A stretch of 64,000 bases of DNA. Origin: Moniliella sp. 'wahieum'. Its lineage: Eukaryota. The notes under the pieces are model-generated. The model did no database searches. It saw only the letters and a program-made list of their open reading frames with translations, and was not told where the DNA came from. Positions 26,711 to 38,318 of the stretch are shown piece after piece. The number at the start of each line of letters is the position of its first letter. The stretch's first letter is position 1. The translations under genes were made by a program, and so were the position numbers. The stretch spans positions 124,001-188,000 of the forward strand of contig RSEE01000003.1 of the NCBI GenBank assembly GCA_003971905.1. The letters are read 5' to 3'.

Positions 26711-28095
26711 GACGAGGAAGACAGAGACGAAGGCGGAGACGGGGACGGGGATAATCGGGGTCGGGGAGGGCGGCGGGTGGAAGCAAAAGAGTTGTCAACT
26801 GAGGCCACTCTGCTGTTTCCGCGTCATCAACCGAGCGCTGAGCGCCCGCCGCCTGGGGGGCGTTCCCAGCAGCAGGGCAGCGGAGACGCAGGTGCTGAGG
26901 TCAGCAGCCCGCCACACAGCCCCTGTCCGGGGGGGCGCATGCAGCACGGGGCCGCAGGAACGCGGCAGGCTGGCTCTGCGCTGGCTGAGCTCAGCTGAGT
27001 GCACTGCAGCCTGGCGCGCAGCAGCACGCCGCCGGACGAACGCACACGCGACAGCGCAGCAGGCGGTCTCACACGCCCGGGGCGGCTGACTGGCCTGCTG
27101 CGGCGCTGCGGGTGCCAACAGCAGATACCAGCCAGGCGCTGGCATGCACGCGGCTGACATGTGGCATGCCGGTGCTCCAAGCCATCCCAGCGCCACGCAC
27201 CCGAGCAGCCCCGCCGCCCAGCCGCCCCCGCCGCACCAGCACGCACGCCCAGCACACTGCACCCCTGCGGCCCCTGCATCCATATCCATTCCATTTGGGC
27301 CAAGCGGCACGCGGCCTCCCACAGCGCAGTGCCACGCAGTGCCCAGCAAGCCACGTGTGCTGCGCTTCCCCCGGCGCCTGCGGGCGCTTTGCTACCGGTT
27401 TTGCCGGTAGCAAGTGCCGTGTCCCACGCCATCCGACCCTATGCAGCCCTTGCTGCTGCTCATATTCGCTTCCCACTGCCTCTAGTCGCACCCTAGTCAA
27501 CACCAACACCTGCCTCTCCGTCACCACCGCCACCTCTCCCAATCCAGCCATGGCAGCAAGCCCAAGACACTACTCACGCCTCCCCTCCCACCATCCCGCC
27601 GGCTTCGTGCTGCTGTTTCCCACTAGTCCAGTAAAGCCCGTGTCCAGGTCTGGGCAGTCACCATTGTCAACTCTCTCGCCCTCAGCGTCTTCGCACCTGA
27701 GCCTCAGGCCCTCACATGCCAGCCACATCGCCCCGCTGCTGCTCAAGCCCCCAGAGGCCCAGCGGGTTCCGATGTAGATATCATCACATTATTCCCCTGC
27801 AGTGTCTACCCTCCCAAGGCTCACAGGCCGCTTTGCGAATACCCAGAGTGGGCTATAGCATCAACCAAACACAGGACAAAGCTGCTGGCAAGACAGAAAC
27901 ACATAATCTGATCGGCCAACCAGTTGGAATCGGCCAGTCGATGGCAAACTAAAATGGCGAGTGGCTTGAGGGTAGCCAGCGATGTACAAGACGTCCCGCC
28001 AAGACCTGTGCTGATGGCATAAGAGGATCGAGTCAAAACACATAAAACCCCGCATGGAATCGGGGTCATGGGCGGACATTGAGCAGTGCATCCGC

Positions 28096-28735
28096 TTAGG
28101 CCGTTGCTTCCATGATGGCGTTGATCTGAAATGGGACAAGTCAGAAGGGCCAAGGACAGGGAAACACGCTAGCGCCAAGAAACAAATACACACCAGGTCA
28201 CCGTTGGTAGACTTGAGCGCCTTGATCGCACGGTTGCGGCTAGCCTTGGATTGAGCCATGACCAGCTCAATGTCAGACTCGTTCACGCCCTCGGCATCAA
28301 TGGGCTCCTCATCCTCCTCAGCAGGCTCTGGCTTCTTGGATTCCGACAAAAGCGCCTCGGCTTGGGCAGAGAAATCGCCACCGGCAGCCTGCTGCATCTG
28401 GAGGAGCTGCTGCTGCTGCTGCTGCTGAGCGGCCTGGAGCGCAAGTTGTGCTGGTTGGGGTCCTCAACCTTGCCCTCACCAAAGATCACATACGAGTCGG
28501 CAGTGGAAGACTTGTACACTTCCGGGTTGCTGATCACGTACAGGTGGCCACGAGCACGGCGCATGGCAATGCGCGAAATGCCGGGCACACGCTCCAGGCC
28601 GAGGCCCTGGAGAGCCTTGCGGCTCTTGCGCTCAGCGCGGTTCGCAATCTGCTCCGAAACAACCACATCTGAGCCGGCCTGAGCCAGCTGGGCGTTCTGC
28701 AGGCCTTCGGTGACTTCCTCAATCGTGGCGGACAT
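28096..28735 (-). CDS. EGD2: Nascent polypeptide-associated complex alpha subunit
   Basis: [50 protein letters not shown]-like [27 protein letters not shown] / intron / INAIMEATA*. Confidence 0.95.
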
Positions 28736-29256
28736 GGTAAAGAAGAGAGGTGGCGGTGGTGGTGATGGCGATGGGCCAAGAAGGTGGTCATACCAAGCAA
28801 TTTCTGACCACGACGAATTGTTCCGGTAGGGTTGGGACATATCCCGCACAGGGCCACTGAACAACGACCTTCCGTCCATTGGAAAATCCGCTCAGGCTTA
28901 GCGCCGCTTTGGGGCAGTCAGCTGTGCACGGCCACATTTGGCTCACATTGGTGTGGTGGGTTGTCCTATGTACATCACCACAGCATCATTTCCCCCCCAC
29001 CCAGTCGCCCAGACAATATCAACCGGATGGCTGACGAGACTGACTGACTATATTGCTGATGGCACTGAAGGTAGGCCACATGGTTCAGCGGACCATATGA
29101 TGCAGTAGCCAGAAGCACGGAACAGCTGCCCTTGCCCACACCCAAGGGGCCTAACCCCCCCTACCCAGCACGGAGATGGGTCAGTTCGGTCATCAGAATA
29201 CAATCACAATGTGTACAATCGCAACGTGCATTTCCCCCTGAGATGGAGATGAACAG

Positions 29257-30305
29257 CTACTTTGTCTCTGGTTTTTCAGATGGATCGGCTGGCTTGTCCT
29301 TGCCGTCTTCTTGGTCTTTATTCGTCTCCTCCTCCCCGGCGGGAACCTGAGCATCGGCATCATCATCATCGCCACGAGCATTGTCCATGCGGTTGTCGAC
29401 CAAGCCATGGAGAGCAATAACGGAGCGAATCAATGATGAGAGGTAAACAACCAACAGTTGATCATTGTTGGCTGCGGTCAAGGCCCGTTGGAGCGGGGCA
29501 TATCTAGGTTGGGAAGCAAGTTGAAGATATCTTGGAGGTTATAAATGATCTGGTGGTTCACCGGCAAGCGGCCCGCTACTACCTCTTGCAGGTAATCCGA
29601 ATCTCAACCAAGCGCCCCTGCAGTCCCCGGAGCCCCACCAGCCGATCCTCCACCCGCGTCGATAACGTCCCCACTGATGTGGTGTCTCGCACGTCCCGAA
29701 GCAAATGTTCGACTCCAATCTCCTCAGCCTCCTCAGCCTGGATCTCCGATGGAACATGCATAAAAGTAGCTTCGGTCGTCGTCCCATCGTCCTTGATCTC
29801 CTCCACAGCAAAGTAGGCATTGGTAGGCAAGCCAGCTTCTCGCTGTCGTGGGTCAATAATGACCATGACCGGGCGTTGAATGATCCGCTTCATCAGCTCG
29901 TTTATCTCCAGATCGGAAGAGCGTAGTCGTGGGCCGGTGTGGTACCACCCGATCATCTTTTCCTTGGCTGCCATCAGATTGTAAGTCAGTGCCTTGCATG
30001 GTACGTTACCCAGTGGAAATAACGCGTACCATTGACCTTTTGAACATGTCGTTCATGCCTAGGATGTAATTGTGGTCCAGAAACCAGGTTTTGGGGTCGT
30101 GATCGTCCTCCTCAAAGGGAACCGCAAACGAGTTGGCAACATTAACCACTTGACCATCATCTTGGCCGAGCAACACACCCACACAGCGCTTCCGCGCGCC
30201 CGTTGCACTCCGAGCCGCATGGTCCGCCACACTGAGCAGAACCAGCGGGTGGACAATAACTGTCGTGTTGGACAGCGCGACCGTTTCGGCTGTCGTGGTG
30301 GGCAT
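29257..30305 (-). CDS. RPN8: 26S proteasome lid subunit Rpn8 (MPN domain)
   Basis: [84 protein letters not shown]. Intron ~29968-30029. Confidence 0.96.
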
Positions 30306-30804
30306 AACGGGTCGGTGGTTGAGTCCTGGACAGCACGGTGGCCTGGCTCCAGTTGGACGCGTTTGGTTGACGCTTTGGGCCACGCAATGCCAGCCAATTC
30401 CGCTGTCTCTTCCGCCACATCCGGCGTGACGTTCAGATTTCAACGTTGCATTTTTGAGTGCACCGCAGGAGCCTGTTCCTGGCTCATATCCAGCTGCCCA
30501 GCGACCAGCCAGAGAAAGGCGAGTAGAACGAGTACTCAAGGAGGCAAAGCAGCCGTTGATAGGGGGAGGAGACATGGCTAGGAAGCGCGCAGTAGGAACG
30601 TTTGCCAGACTACTTGAGAGGACCGTGACACCAAGTTTAGAGTGTGTCTATGTGGACAATTAGAAGCACCTGGCAATCACATATGCCCCTTTTGATCAGC
30701 TATAGAAAGGAGAGGGTCAGGAGCAGCTGAGCTTCAGCCGCTGAAGCCCGTCGATTCAAGGAGTAGGCCAGATGCAATCAGGCAGTTAGACCGAACAAAA
30801 CAGA

Positions 30805-32811
30805 TTAAAGAAGCTCCTTGACCTTCTTTTGGATCGAGTCCGAGTCGAGGCCCTGGTGGGGGATTTGCTCCCAGAGTCCACCCGAACCCTCAATGGTGGT
30901 GCCGAGGTGGCCAAACTTGCCCGGGCGAATGTTGCGTTCAAGGAGCCAGGAGCCGACGCGCGAGCCAAGGCCAGTCGCCTTGTTGAACGACTCAACCACC
31001 AGGGTGAACTTGCCAGCACCCCACACCTTGATCGCCTCCTCGTCTACGACGTTGAGGGTCGACTTGTTGATCACACCAACCTTGATCCCTCGGCCTTGAG
31101 CTTGTCAACGGCATCGACGACACGGTACAGCATCTCACCAAACGTGACGATCCAGCCTTCGACCTCACGGGAGCACCACGGATAATGTCATCCTTGCCCG
31201 GAACAAAAGTGTAGCCCTCGCCATAGAAGCGCTCCGAGTCCGAACCCTCCTTCAACACCCAAGGAACCTTCGAGCGCGTCGAAAACACAAACCGAAGGCC
31301 AGGCGCATACAGCACCTTCTCAATCACCGCCGTCATCTGAGTCGGGTCGGCAGGGAAGTAGAGGCTGGTGGGTACGCCGCATCGGACAGGCCATTGTCGG
31401 CAAAGAAGTTGTTAATACCAAAGTGGCAGGGTTGTCCGCCATCTCATCCACACCAGCATGGGAGAAATGAGAGAGAACGTTAGACTTGTTGAGACGGGCC
31501 ATGGTGAGCTCCGAGACGATCATCTCGAGGAAGGCTGAGAAGGTGGAGAAGATACCGGTGCGGTACTCGCCTTCGGGAACAAACGAGCCAAAGCCAGCCG
31601 CGGCGCTAAAGTTGCCGCGCCGCAAATGCCGAGGACCAGAAGACTGGGGTGCTTCTGAATGACCTTAAGGCCAGTCGAGCCCTCCAAGTCAGAGTCAACG
31701 CAAAGCACCTTCTTGGCGTTCTCTTCCGCCGACGTTTTGTCCAGCACAGCGGCCACAGCGTCGCCAAAACACAACACGGTTGGCACCACGCTCCTTGGTC
31801 GATCCAATGTAAGTGTAAGGGTCCTTGCGGGGCTTGATGCTCTCGAGGATGGCAACAGCGTCCTTGTTCCCAGCGTCGGTAAGGAACTCAATCGCCTTCG
31901 GAAGGGGAATCACATCGTGGCCGTGAGGGTTGCCCTCAATGCCCTTGATACCAGGTGCCATGGGACGCTTGGTGATCACAGCGACGGGACCCTTGGTGTT
32001 GACCGACTCAATGATCGCGCCAAAGAGGCTGTCCAGGTCCTCACCCTCGGCACGAATGATCTTGAGGCCATGGCCTTCCAACGTCTTGCCAACGTCGTAG
32101 CCCTTGAAGTAGTCCGACGGGTGGCCGGCAATGGTGACATTGTTGTCATCAATGAAGAGCTTCACATTCAAGTCTTTGGCAACTGCAAGGCGCGCCGCCT
32201 CGGCATCGTCACCCTCCTGCTCCGAGCCGTCCGAACCAAGCATAATAGTGATCTTGTCCGCGTGGGCAGCTGCCACACCATTGACCATCGGCCACATGTG
32301 GCCCAGACGACCCGACGAAAACTTGACGCCCGGAGTCAAGCCCAACTCGGGGTGGCCAGGGAGTTTGCTGTCAGCCTCACGGTAGTAGAGGAGGTGCTCG
32401 GCAGGGAACGCGCCGTCGAGAACAGCGAGAAGGTACTGGGTGGCAACACGGTGGCCAGCCTCGTCGAAGAAAGTCTGGTAGAACTTGGCGCCATCAGGGC
32501 CAGCAAAGAGCGAAAGGAGCAGAACAACCTCAGGGACAGTGTCGTAAGGCCCACCCGTGTGGCCAGAGACTGTGTGCGGGAAAGGGTCAGTAAGATTCCC
32601 GACGAAAGAGCGCACGGAAGGAATGCGTACCGCCACGAGCCGCACCAGACGCGGTGAAGAAGATGATGGCCTCACGGAGGATTTTGATGTTGGTGGCCAG
32701 CTGGGCCTTCTGCTCTGCAGTCAGCTGCTTGTCGGCAAGCGACAGGGGCACAGGCTTGTACTGGTCCAGCGGAACAGGGAACTTGGTAATATCAAAGGCC
32801 TGGAGGGGCAT
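30805..32811 (-). CDS. Non-canonical transketolase-family thiamine diphosphate enzyme
   Basis: SGHTGGPYD, DEAGHRVATQY, LPGHPELGLTPGVKFSSGRLGH, ThDP motif variant GSDGSEQEGDDAEAA..DDNN, DSDLEGSTGL, FSTFSAFL, SHAGVDEMADN, C-terminal VVESFN. Intron 32570-32630. Confidence 0.85.
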
Positions 32812-35800
32812 GGTGGATGTGGGGGGAAGGGGCAGATGGGCGGAAGGGGTGGTGGGCGTAAGCAATGGAGAACGTGGCAAGGGTTGACGACGGCCTTCGT
32901 AGGTTCAACGTTCAACTGAACGTTCAACCTAACGCTTTGATCAGATCTCAGAATCAAGAGGCTAGAGAGAACCATGTCCGCAACACTGCCCCCTCGCTGG
33001 TGCTCGGCGCCACCTCTTGCGGCTCGGGGCGGCACAGGACAGCGCACTGCCCCTCTAGCGCTGCATTGCAGCCTAGGCGGAGGGGCAGTGTGTGCACAGA
33101 CCTCCTGACGCGCAAGAAGATCGGCGGGCTGCAGGCACCAACGTCCAACCCAAGCGCCCAAACCCCGCGTCTGTCTCCGGTGTGCCTGCCCGCGCGTCCT
33201 TACGCTAGCATACGCCGTGCCAACAGCCCCGCCCCAGTGCCCCCACCACTACTACGACATATATCAGATGGCCTCTATTCAACGGTACTGCCACCAACAC
33301 TACCCAGCTTCTCGCCGCCCAACCGCTCCAGCACTCAGGCGCTCAGGAGTGAAGTTCATTAGCACTATGATGCCTGCTGGTGACCAACTCTAGTTTCCTC
33401 AGGCCTCATGAGTCAACACTGGACTCGGTTCTCAAGCACAACAGAGTACAAGCACGGTACGCCGCCGGCGAAGGTACCAGAGATGTACCCGCCCTTCTCC
33501 AACCGAAACCGTTGGTACCCAATTTCAAAGGGCAACGTCAATGGTAAGTCCGATCTCGAGGCCATCCTATGCCTTGAGGCTTGAAGCCTTGGTGGGAGAA
33601 GTTGATGAGACCTGGAGTCCTGATGGTCCTCGAGGGTGATGCAATCGCACTGGTGGCGGTGGTGGATTAAGCCAGCGCCTAGAGAGAAACATCAAGCAGC
33701 CAGTCGCCTCCAGAGGCTAGGCTGTGGAACAAGGAAAACAGAAGCGAGAAAAACAAGGCAACTCCTACGCCTGAGGAGGGACTGACGGCCCAGGCGGCCA
33801 AAACACACGAGCCACTCAACAGAAGTACTATATAAGCCACCTTGCGGGCTGTGGCTCGGGCGAGCGGGGAATCAGGCATGCACACACATTCGTCCAACGT
33901 ACTTATTGTGGATGGGTTGGGACCAGATCCAGCGGCAACCTAGTCAACAAAAAAAAACACGCTGGTGGGAGACCCGAGGGATGGGCACCGGAGTAGTAGC
34001 AATGCTGACCTTCTGGCCCATCGCACCGGTAGGGTCAAAAAAGATATTGAAGAGCTGCGCATTGGCTGTGGCAGCCTCTGTGGCCAAAAAAACGCGTGGT
34101 GTAACTGTGGTCGTAGCTAGGAATCAGGTACATCTTTCAATGTGCCCTCAGTCAATCCCGTGTCCTTCCCTCTGCCACTGGTGCTTCCTTTGCTTCGCGT
34201 GGTACTTGGTTCCCACTCGTATCGCCCGACAATCCGACAGAGAAGCAACTTCTCGTTTCCTTTGCCCGAACACTTGCCTCGTTCAGTTGCTTTCCATTCG
34301 TTGACTTCAGGGGGAGGGGGACGACGGATGGCCCACGGGGTAGCGCTGCCAATGTCAGCACAGGAACGGAGACGGATGGCACAAGGCACGGCAGAGGAGA
34401 CGTATGATGACTAGCTGGCGGCCTTGTGGTAGCACTGGGTTCACCACTCATGCTGTTAGCGGCGGAGCATCAACCCAGTCAAGAGTAGGCAACTCGCACT
34501 ACTCGACCAGCACACTGCGATGGGGCAGAGCGACAGACTCCGCGTTCAGCAAACCGCACTAGCAGTACAGACATTGCCGTTGCACCATGCGTCGGGCTGA
34601 TCCGCCGCTGGTAGCAAGAAGGTGGCGGTGGTTGGGGGGGTGAGCCCGAGGGGCAGATGCACTGATGAGATGCCTGCCAGCTGCACCTGTGGGAGCTGGG
34701 GTGGGTGACAAGTACCCCTTGCCACTAACCCACGAACCATTTGCTCTGTCCCAAGCAACCCTCCAGGAGAACCCCGGGATAACAACGGTAGCTCTCCACC
34801 ATCCTCTCGTTCAAATGTTGTGCACCCAAGTCGTAAGTGACTGCCACTCTTCAGTCATCATCAGTAGAAGGGCCGAAAATAAAGATCGTTCACAGCCACC
34901 CCCGCTGCAGCGTACGTAGCGTTCATTCTGAGAGAAAGGTATCAAGAAAATCTATATGCATGCGATGAGAAGACGACGGAGTGGAAGATCGCAGGCAAAA
35001 AAATGTCAGGTGTCAGGGAGATGGAGAGAAAAGGGATGCAGATGGATTGAATACATTATCTCTGGGCAGCCTGATGGATCTATATGTATACTTCTGAAGG
35101 AAAAGGGCACATCTGAGAGGTAGACACAGGATAACAATTGATAGTACTGATAGGAATCAGGCAATGCCGCGAACAAGCCATAAGGCCTAAGGCCTATTAA
35201 GGGCTCCTGGCACGGCGACAGTTTGACAATATGTGCGCTGGGGCAAACCAAAAATGTATCTATGGGGGATTTCGGTCTTTTCTCTCTTCCCATTGATTGC
35301 CCTGAGGGGTCGGCGGCTCTGTGTCCAGCTGCCTGTAACCACAACCATATGGGAAGCTGGCGACCCGGCGTGGTCTTCTCCCAAACATACATGAGACTCC
35401 AGCGCCCCTCTGCGCCCAGCGGCCGACGCCCATTATGTGGGTGTGTGGGTTGTCGCACTGTCTGAGTTGGACGCAATCAGTAATCAACCGTTGGGCTGCG
35501 GACACCAAACTCCGGTGAGTTTGGCCCTGGGCGCGCGCTCAGCGACACGACACGCGCCGGCTTTGGGGGCAGCGTACTGGTATCTGCTCCTGCTGCGGCA
35601 TGCGCCTTGCCTTGCCGAATGTGGCGCCCCAGGCGTTCCTTCCCACGACCAGGGTCCAGCACCGGCGGGGGGGCAGTGGCTTGCGTGCGCCCGCACCGCG
35701 CCACGGGGCATGCTGTCCCAGGCCCGATGCTGTGGGTGGGGGGCAGGGCAGGGCAGGGCAGGGCGGGGCAGGGCAGCGAGGATGCCGCGCACTGCAGCCT

Positions 35801-36116
35801 GCGTCTGGCGCATGATGCATGACGCATAACGCATGATGCATGATGTTCCCTGGGACTGGCGCGGTGGAGCAGTCGTACCGAGTGCACCAGTGCAACGCAA
35901 CATGTGGCGCTCTTCTGAAGCGCCGAACCCTGAAGCCCTGAGGCCCTGCGATCTGAGACTTCATTGAAGCGCTAATATTGACTAGAATAGAATAGGACAG
36001 GGTCGAAGATCATCGATACCTCGATCACCTCCCACTGATTATCCGTCCCTCGTCTTCGCTGCCCCGTCTAGACTCGCTCGGCCAACCCACTGTCCCACAC
36101 CACCCACCCCTCCGCC

Positions 36117-37187
36117 ATGGGCTGCATCTCCTCCCGCCCCGACGAGACGGTGGCAACAGCACGCAACGATGCGATCGACGCCCAGCTGAAGAACGACCGC
36201 CTGGCACAGCGCCGCGAGGTCAAGCTTCTTCTCCTCGGCGCTGGCGAGTCGGGGAAGAGCACGGTGCTGAAACAAATGAACCTCATTCATCACGGCCCCT
36301 ACTCGGTGTCTGAGCGCGAGTCGTACAAGGAGATCATCTTTTCCAACACGGTGCAAAGCATGAAGGTGCTGTTGGAGGCGATGGAGGTGCTGGATTTGCC
36401 CCTTGCCGAGGCCCACGCCGTGCCGGCGGCAGAGGTGGTCCTTGCCGCCCCGAGCCAAATTGAGGCCGGCGTGATGCCCCCCGCGCTGACGCAAGCTGTC
36501 GATGTGCTGTGGCATGATGCTGGGATCCTCGCTTGCTTTGCGCGCTCTCGCGAGTTCCAGCTGAACGACTCGGCGCCCTATTACTTTGATGCAATTGCTC
36601 GCATTGGCGCCGCCGACTACATCCCCACGGACCAAGACGTACTGCGCTCCCGGGTCAAGACGACGGGAATTACGGAAACCACCTTCGAGATCGGCAGGTT
36701 GACATACAAACTGCTTGATGTGGGCGGACAGCGTTCCGAGCGCAAAAAGTGGATCCACTGTTTTGACGGGGGTGACAGCTATTCTGTTTTTGGTTGCTGT
36801 TTCGGAATACGATCAGGCACTGTATGAGGATGCCAACGTCAACCGGATGCATGAGGCCTTGATGCTGTTCGACTCGATTTGCAATTCACGATGGTTCTCC
36901 GCCTCGTCCATTATCCTCTTTATGAACAAGATTGATCTCTTTGAGCAGAGCAGAAGCTGTCCACTTCGCCTTTGTCCAACTACTTTGCCGATTTTACCGG
37001 AGGTTCGGACTACAATGCCGCCCTCGAGTTCTTGACCCAACAGTTTGTCCGCCTCAACCAGAACCGCGCCAAACATATCTACACCCACTATACGTGCGCC
37101 ACCGATACCCAGCAGATCAAGTTTGTCATGACTGCGGTCAACGATACAATTCTCTCCAACAACTTGAGGGAATGCGGACTGCTTTGA
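36117..37187 (+). CDS. GPA1: Heterotrimeric G-protein alpha subunit, fungal class I (Gi-like), intronless
   Basis: MGC N-terminal acylation motif, [51 protein letters not shown]-terminus NLRECGLL. Confidence 0.95.
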
Positions 37188-38080
37188 GCATACGGTGCTT
37201 CTGTTCCTTTCCTGTCTTTTGTACCCCGGTTGTTTCATCCGTATCCGTATCGAGGGGTGCGTCATCTGTGTTTTGCAAGAGAGAGGGAAGGTGCGTATCC
37301 TCCCCTCCTCGCATTTTTCCGCGTTCCCTCCGGAATCCAATGGGCCCCACGGCCTCGAACCCGCAAGCATGTTGGCGCCCTGGGTCAATTATGTGGTCCA
37401 CATCCTTCGCCCGTAACGTTTCGCCTTGCTCGTGTGCGGGGCGGGGCTCGCTCCTTTGCCACTGTCCCCTTTCGATTATATACCAGGCTCTCCCCTCCCA
37501 AGCGACTCTTTCGGGATGCCACTTCACCACGCTATAGAGAATGTTTTCTGCCCTGTCCGTCATGCAATGTATTGAAATGGGTTGATGGATGTGTCGACGT
37601 GGCCCTGGGCAAACAAAACGCACCACGAAAGTGTAGAGGTTTTGTACGACACACACCAGCAACCAAGATGTGCTCCGACCACAGCTTTTCATCATTCATC
37701 CCGCTAACAGATACTAAGATCGATAACTTCGAAAGCCCATGATTAGTGTTCTCTCGTATTCCTTGTGCCTTTTGGGAGTTCGATCCGGCGAGGCGCTTAG
37801 TTCGGGTTGGGTCGGATGTAGCTCCCCTCGCAGAGGCAACCGCTTGGCCGCTAGTAGAAAGTAATGTGGTGTGGCCATGCCGCAGTAAACTACGCCGAGG
37901 TGTCTCACCGGCCGTATCCTTCTGCGCCGCTCTCTTCACGTATATCGAACGAACGAGCCCACGAAGGGCAGCAAGTGAGCAAAAGCACAACGGATTTTCC
38001 CATCTCACAAGCAAGGGTGGGGCCATTATCAAACTTGGCAAAAACAGTGCAAGCAACAGAGCAAGTAGCACAAGGCCATG

Positions 38081-38299
38081 GAAGAGGAAGAGGAAGAGGA
38101 AGAGGAAGGAAACGAACGGAAAAGACGATAGAAAAGGAACGACGAGGCCCATTGCGGCAAGCAAACAACAGACAAACAAACAAACAAAAGCAAAACAAAT
38201 TCAAAAACAGATACCACACCGCTCCAATAAGGACTGGCAAAAGGACGGTTGGATAGCCGAATTCCCATCGGCACCTTCACCTTCACCTTCACCTTCACC
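38081..38299. repeat. Short simple-sequence repeats (GAAGAG)n, (CAAA)n, (CACCTT)n between the convergent GPA1 and DH/PH genes
   Basis: gaagag x4 at ~38081, caaa runs at ~38160-38200, cacctt x4 at ~38272. Confidence 0.85.
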
Positions 38300-38318
38300 G
38301 GCCACCGTCCTTTCCTGC

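Noticed and set aside
26800..27780. Many overlapping 100-220 aa ORFs in GC-rich spacers (also 35440-35960, 41180-42220, 46680-47330)
   Set aside because: Stop-codon scarcity at high GC explains them. The translations are low-complexity Ala/Arg/Pro/Cys with no recognisable domain.
32918..32925. Heat-shock element (GAACGTTC)
   Set aside because: Only two nGAAn units are in register; a canonical HSE needs three.
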